Shown here piece after piece: positions 46,610 through 49,259 of a stretch of 49,259 nt of DNA. The DNA is from Ionaspis alba. Lineage: Eukaryota. Under the pieces are notes generated by a model, which saw only the letters and a program-made list of their open reading frames with translations, searched no databases and was not told the origin of the DNA. The stretch's first letter is position 1, and each line of letters begins with the position of its first letter. The stretch spans positions 1-49,259 of the forward strand of contig CAXUUL010000038.1 in NCBI GenBank assembly GCA_964255285.1, in the 5' to 3' direction. Made by a program: the position numbers and the translations under genes.

Positions 46610-48824
46610 CTACTCCTGATACTGCGGCGCCACCAGAATCTGCACATTCGTAGCCTTGCTCGGCACACCCTGCGCGTTCAACACAAACAACATATAGTAG
46701 CCCGGAATGGCAACCCCCCCGTCCTCAGCGATTGACATGAAATAGCTGTAGGGAGGCCCCACCTCTTTCAGCGTCAGCGGAATGCGTCGCTGGTCGTTAT
46801 TCAGCGAATGCGTGGCACCACCGTAGCGAACCAGGCTTGCGCTGACGATCTCGCTGTCCGTGGCGATTGTGAAGTTGCCACCGGGGAAAACGTGCGGGTC
46901 ACTGGTTTCGGTGATTACAGGGCGGGTGGCACGCGAGCCGGATGAGGTGAGAAGATATTGCGGGATGTAAATTTGGGCGTCGAAGTGGTTGACTGGTAGT
47001 TGGTTGCTTAGACCACCGCCGCCGACGAGGATAGTAGCGTCTCGAAGGAGGAGAGCGAATGAGTGATAAGTCCTTGGTACTGTGTTGGGGGCTACTTTCG
47101 TCCAGACGTTATCGGTGGGAGAATAGATCTCAGGTGTAAGCTGAGGAGTATTCTCCGTGAATACCCTGGGCTCTTCCTGCCCGCCGACTACAAGAGTCTC
47201 GCCGTTGGGTAGGATGACTGCGTGGGCAAAAGATCGCGGGAAATGCATTCCTCCGTCACCTGCGATTTGGACGTCAACCTCTTTATTGGGCTGGTCTAGG
47301 GTTATAACGTAAGCTTCCGTTGTTGCTTTTTCGCTTCTGATGACGCCATTGCTGTCTTTATAGTTGTATGAAGGCGCACCACCGGCGGCAAGAATCTTAC
47401 CCTCGACGGCATCATACATTGCTGCAACACCGCACATTCGATCGTGTATGATAGGGTTGATATTTGCCAGTCCACGGATGCCAGCGCTCTGGACTGCCCC
47501 AGTTCCGGTTGGCATGATCCAGTGCATCTCTTTGGACGGTCCCGCTTGGAAGATTGAATTGTTCCGCCATCCCATCAGCCAGACGTGATTGTCGGCGCGA
47601 TAGTCTCCTTCCCAGTCTTCATGTGTTTGTATATCCTCCGATTTGATGTCATCGAATTTCGTCCATGTGTTCTTCTCTGGGTCATATATCTCTCCGTTTC
47701 TGTCGCCAAAGTCGAGTCCCACAGGACCCCAACTCCCGCCCACAACGAAAATTTTGCCATTGGCACAAGTAATAGAGCCCTGGTATGCGCGAGCGATTTT
47801 CATAGGTGCGACGCTCGTCCATTCGTCTTTGGTAGGGTCGTAAATACTGACCTTGTCTGCGGTCTCTCCGCCCGAAATGATCATCCGGCCGTTCACATCA
47901 AATGCCATACCCGGGCAGAACATATCATGATTCGTCTCTCGAACATGCCTTTGACTGACCGCATAAGTGGTAGGATCCCAAGTAGCGGTCAACGTTGTAT
48001 GATCAGTCACACCCTGACCAAAGCTGTCGTGTGCATAGGAAGAGAAGCTAATGACTTTGCCACCGATGGGATCTATGAACACCCCGACGGGTACGAGTGG
48101 GAAATTGACTGTAGGTCCCCATTCGCCTAGGCCAAGTGATGAAGGAGTGGGTAAATCAGTAGCCCATACACCAATATCCACTATCCTAACATATTCCGTC
48201 CCGTTGGTCGCCGAAGTGACCTGAAGACGCAGGTATTGAGCCAGTTGCGGTTCGAAGCTCGCGAACTTGTCTGCAAAGATGATCAGTCCCCTGCTTTGAC
48301 ACCGTTGACGAAATGACGAAAAGCTCACCTTGCACGTCCCCAAACCAAGTGCCAAACGCGACCAGTTTCCACGCTTTCTTGTCCCTGCTGATATACACTT
48401 TGTGACCGGCAACCGCACCTCCAAGGTCTGCGTCAGGAAGTGGTCTCATAGAGAGTGCGTTCACGTTTTTGAGCTCTCGCAGGTCAATTGTGATATTATG
48501 AGGTAACGCATCGATGGATTCCCTGGTGACTTTGGTTTGCCAAAACGTATTATTTCTCCCATCAACTACTTTAATGCACTCGTGCTTGGTCAATTTGCTG
48601 GTGCAGTCCACTTTCCAAGTGTCGCGTTCCTCCTGCGGGATCTGCTTCCCAAGTCGTGGTGGTGCGGGACCCATCGCCCTGAGCAGGCCATTTCCCTTCT
48701 CCAAGACATTTTGATGGGCATCGTGTTGAAGGAAGGGGAGCTGTGACGGCCGCTTGATTCTGATGCTCTCTGTACCAAGGAGGACGGAGGCCAAAGAAAC
48801 ACACACAATGAATCTGCTCAGCAT
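46610..48824 (-). CDS. Secreted copper radical oxidase, AA5_2 galactose-oxidase type (signal peptide, CBM32/F5-8 domain, Kelch propeller, C-terminal Ig-like domain)
   Basis: Signal peptide MLSRFIVCVSLASVLLG and CBM32 (DGRNNTFWQT...LPHNITIDL). Catalytic-site motifs HDMFCPG (Cys), RAYQ (Tyr), GGSW, YRADNH, RTYHS (Tyr/His) and ATHS (His). Intron at 48271-48328. Confidence 0.94.
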
Positions 48825-49259
48825 GATTGCAGACCTCAGTCAAGACGTCGAACACTGACAGATTTCTCGATACTGAGAGCTCACCATGATGAAGAGCTTG
48901 CAGCAGACGCGGGGTTCAGTCCAGAGCTGGTGGTCACCAGATCTCTGCAGCTTCCCAAACGCATTCTCTGTCAAACCATCCTCTGATCGGCAAGCTGTCT
49001 GCTAGAATAACAGACTCCACCCATCCAAAGCCAATCGTTACACGAGGTATGGGGCGCCATTTTTTGCCATGGACGCCATGATGCTCATTGGATCTGAAAA
49101 GCCAATGAATATTGCATGTCGCCGTAGAAAGATTCGACCGCGTAATACAGCTGTGGGCATGCAGCGCTCGAAAACCTGGAGGTCGAGATTCTGCGCATGA
49201 TGCAGACACTCTTGAGGACCAATGTCAAGCGTGTCAAGCGGGAAGGTGGTATCTCCTGC

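Noticed and set aside
39400..49259. Starship or other large mobile element carrying the accessory genes
   Set aside because: No tyrosine recombinase, transposase or defined element boundary is visible in this window.

Overview
Gene-dense, intron-containing genomic DNA from a filamentous ascomycete (Pezizomycotina; short GT-AG introns with CTRAC branch sites), with three 100-N scaffold gaps. From 1 to about 38.5 kb it is mostly conserved housekeeping genes: GRR1, a PTS2-bearing acyl-CoA synthetase, FIT/SCS3, RPS7, dynactin p62, NDUFAF5, NOP2, a MATH-USP-like-MORN-RING protein, DYS1, a (6-4) photolyase/cryptochrome, a Nudix hydrolase, KU80, DUF4149 and STB3. Two genes there are not recovered as recognisable ORFs by the ORF track: a six-exon clade-D-like beta-carbonic anhydrase and a secreted Lys/His/Cys-rich protein with a Kex2/Ste13-type processing site. 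From about 39.4 kb the region looks accessory. It holds an intronless Fic (AMPylase) gene with AT-rich flanks, a kinase pseudogene interrupted by a 94-bp fold-back MITE with a TA target-site duplication, and a tail-to-tail pair of a DyP-type peroxidase and an AA5_2 copper-radical (galactose-type) oxidase. All calls come from manual translation and motif recognition; no database searches were run.
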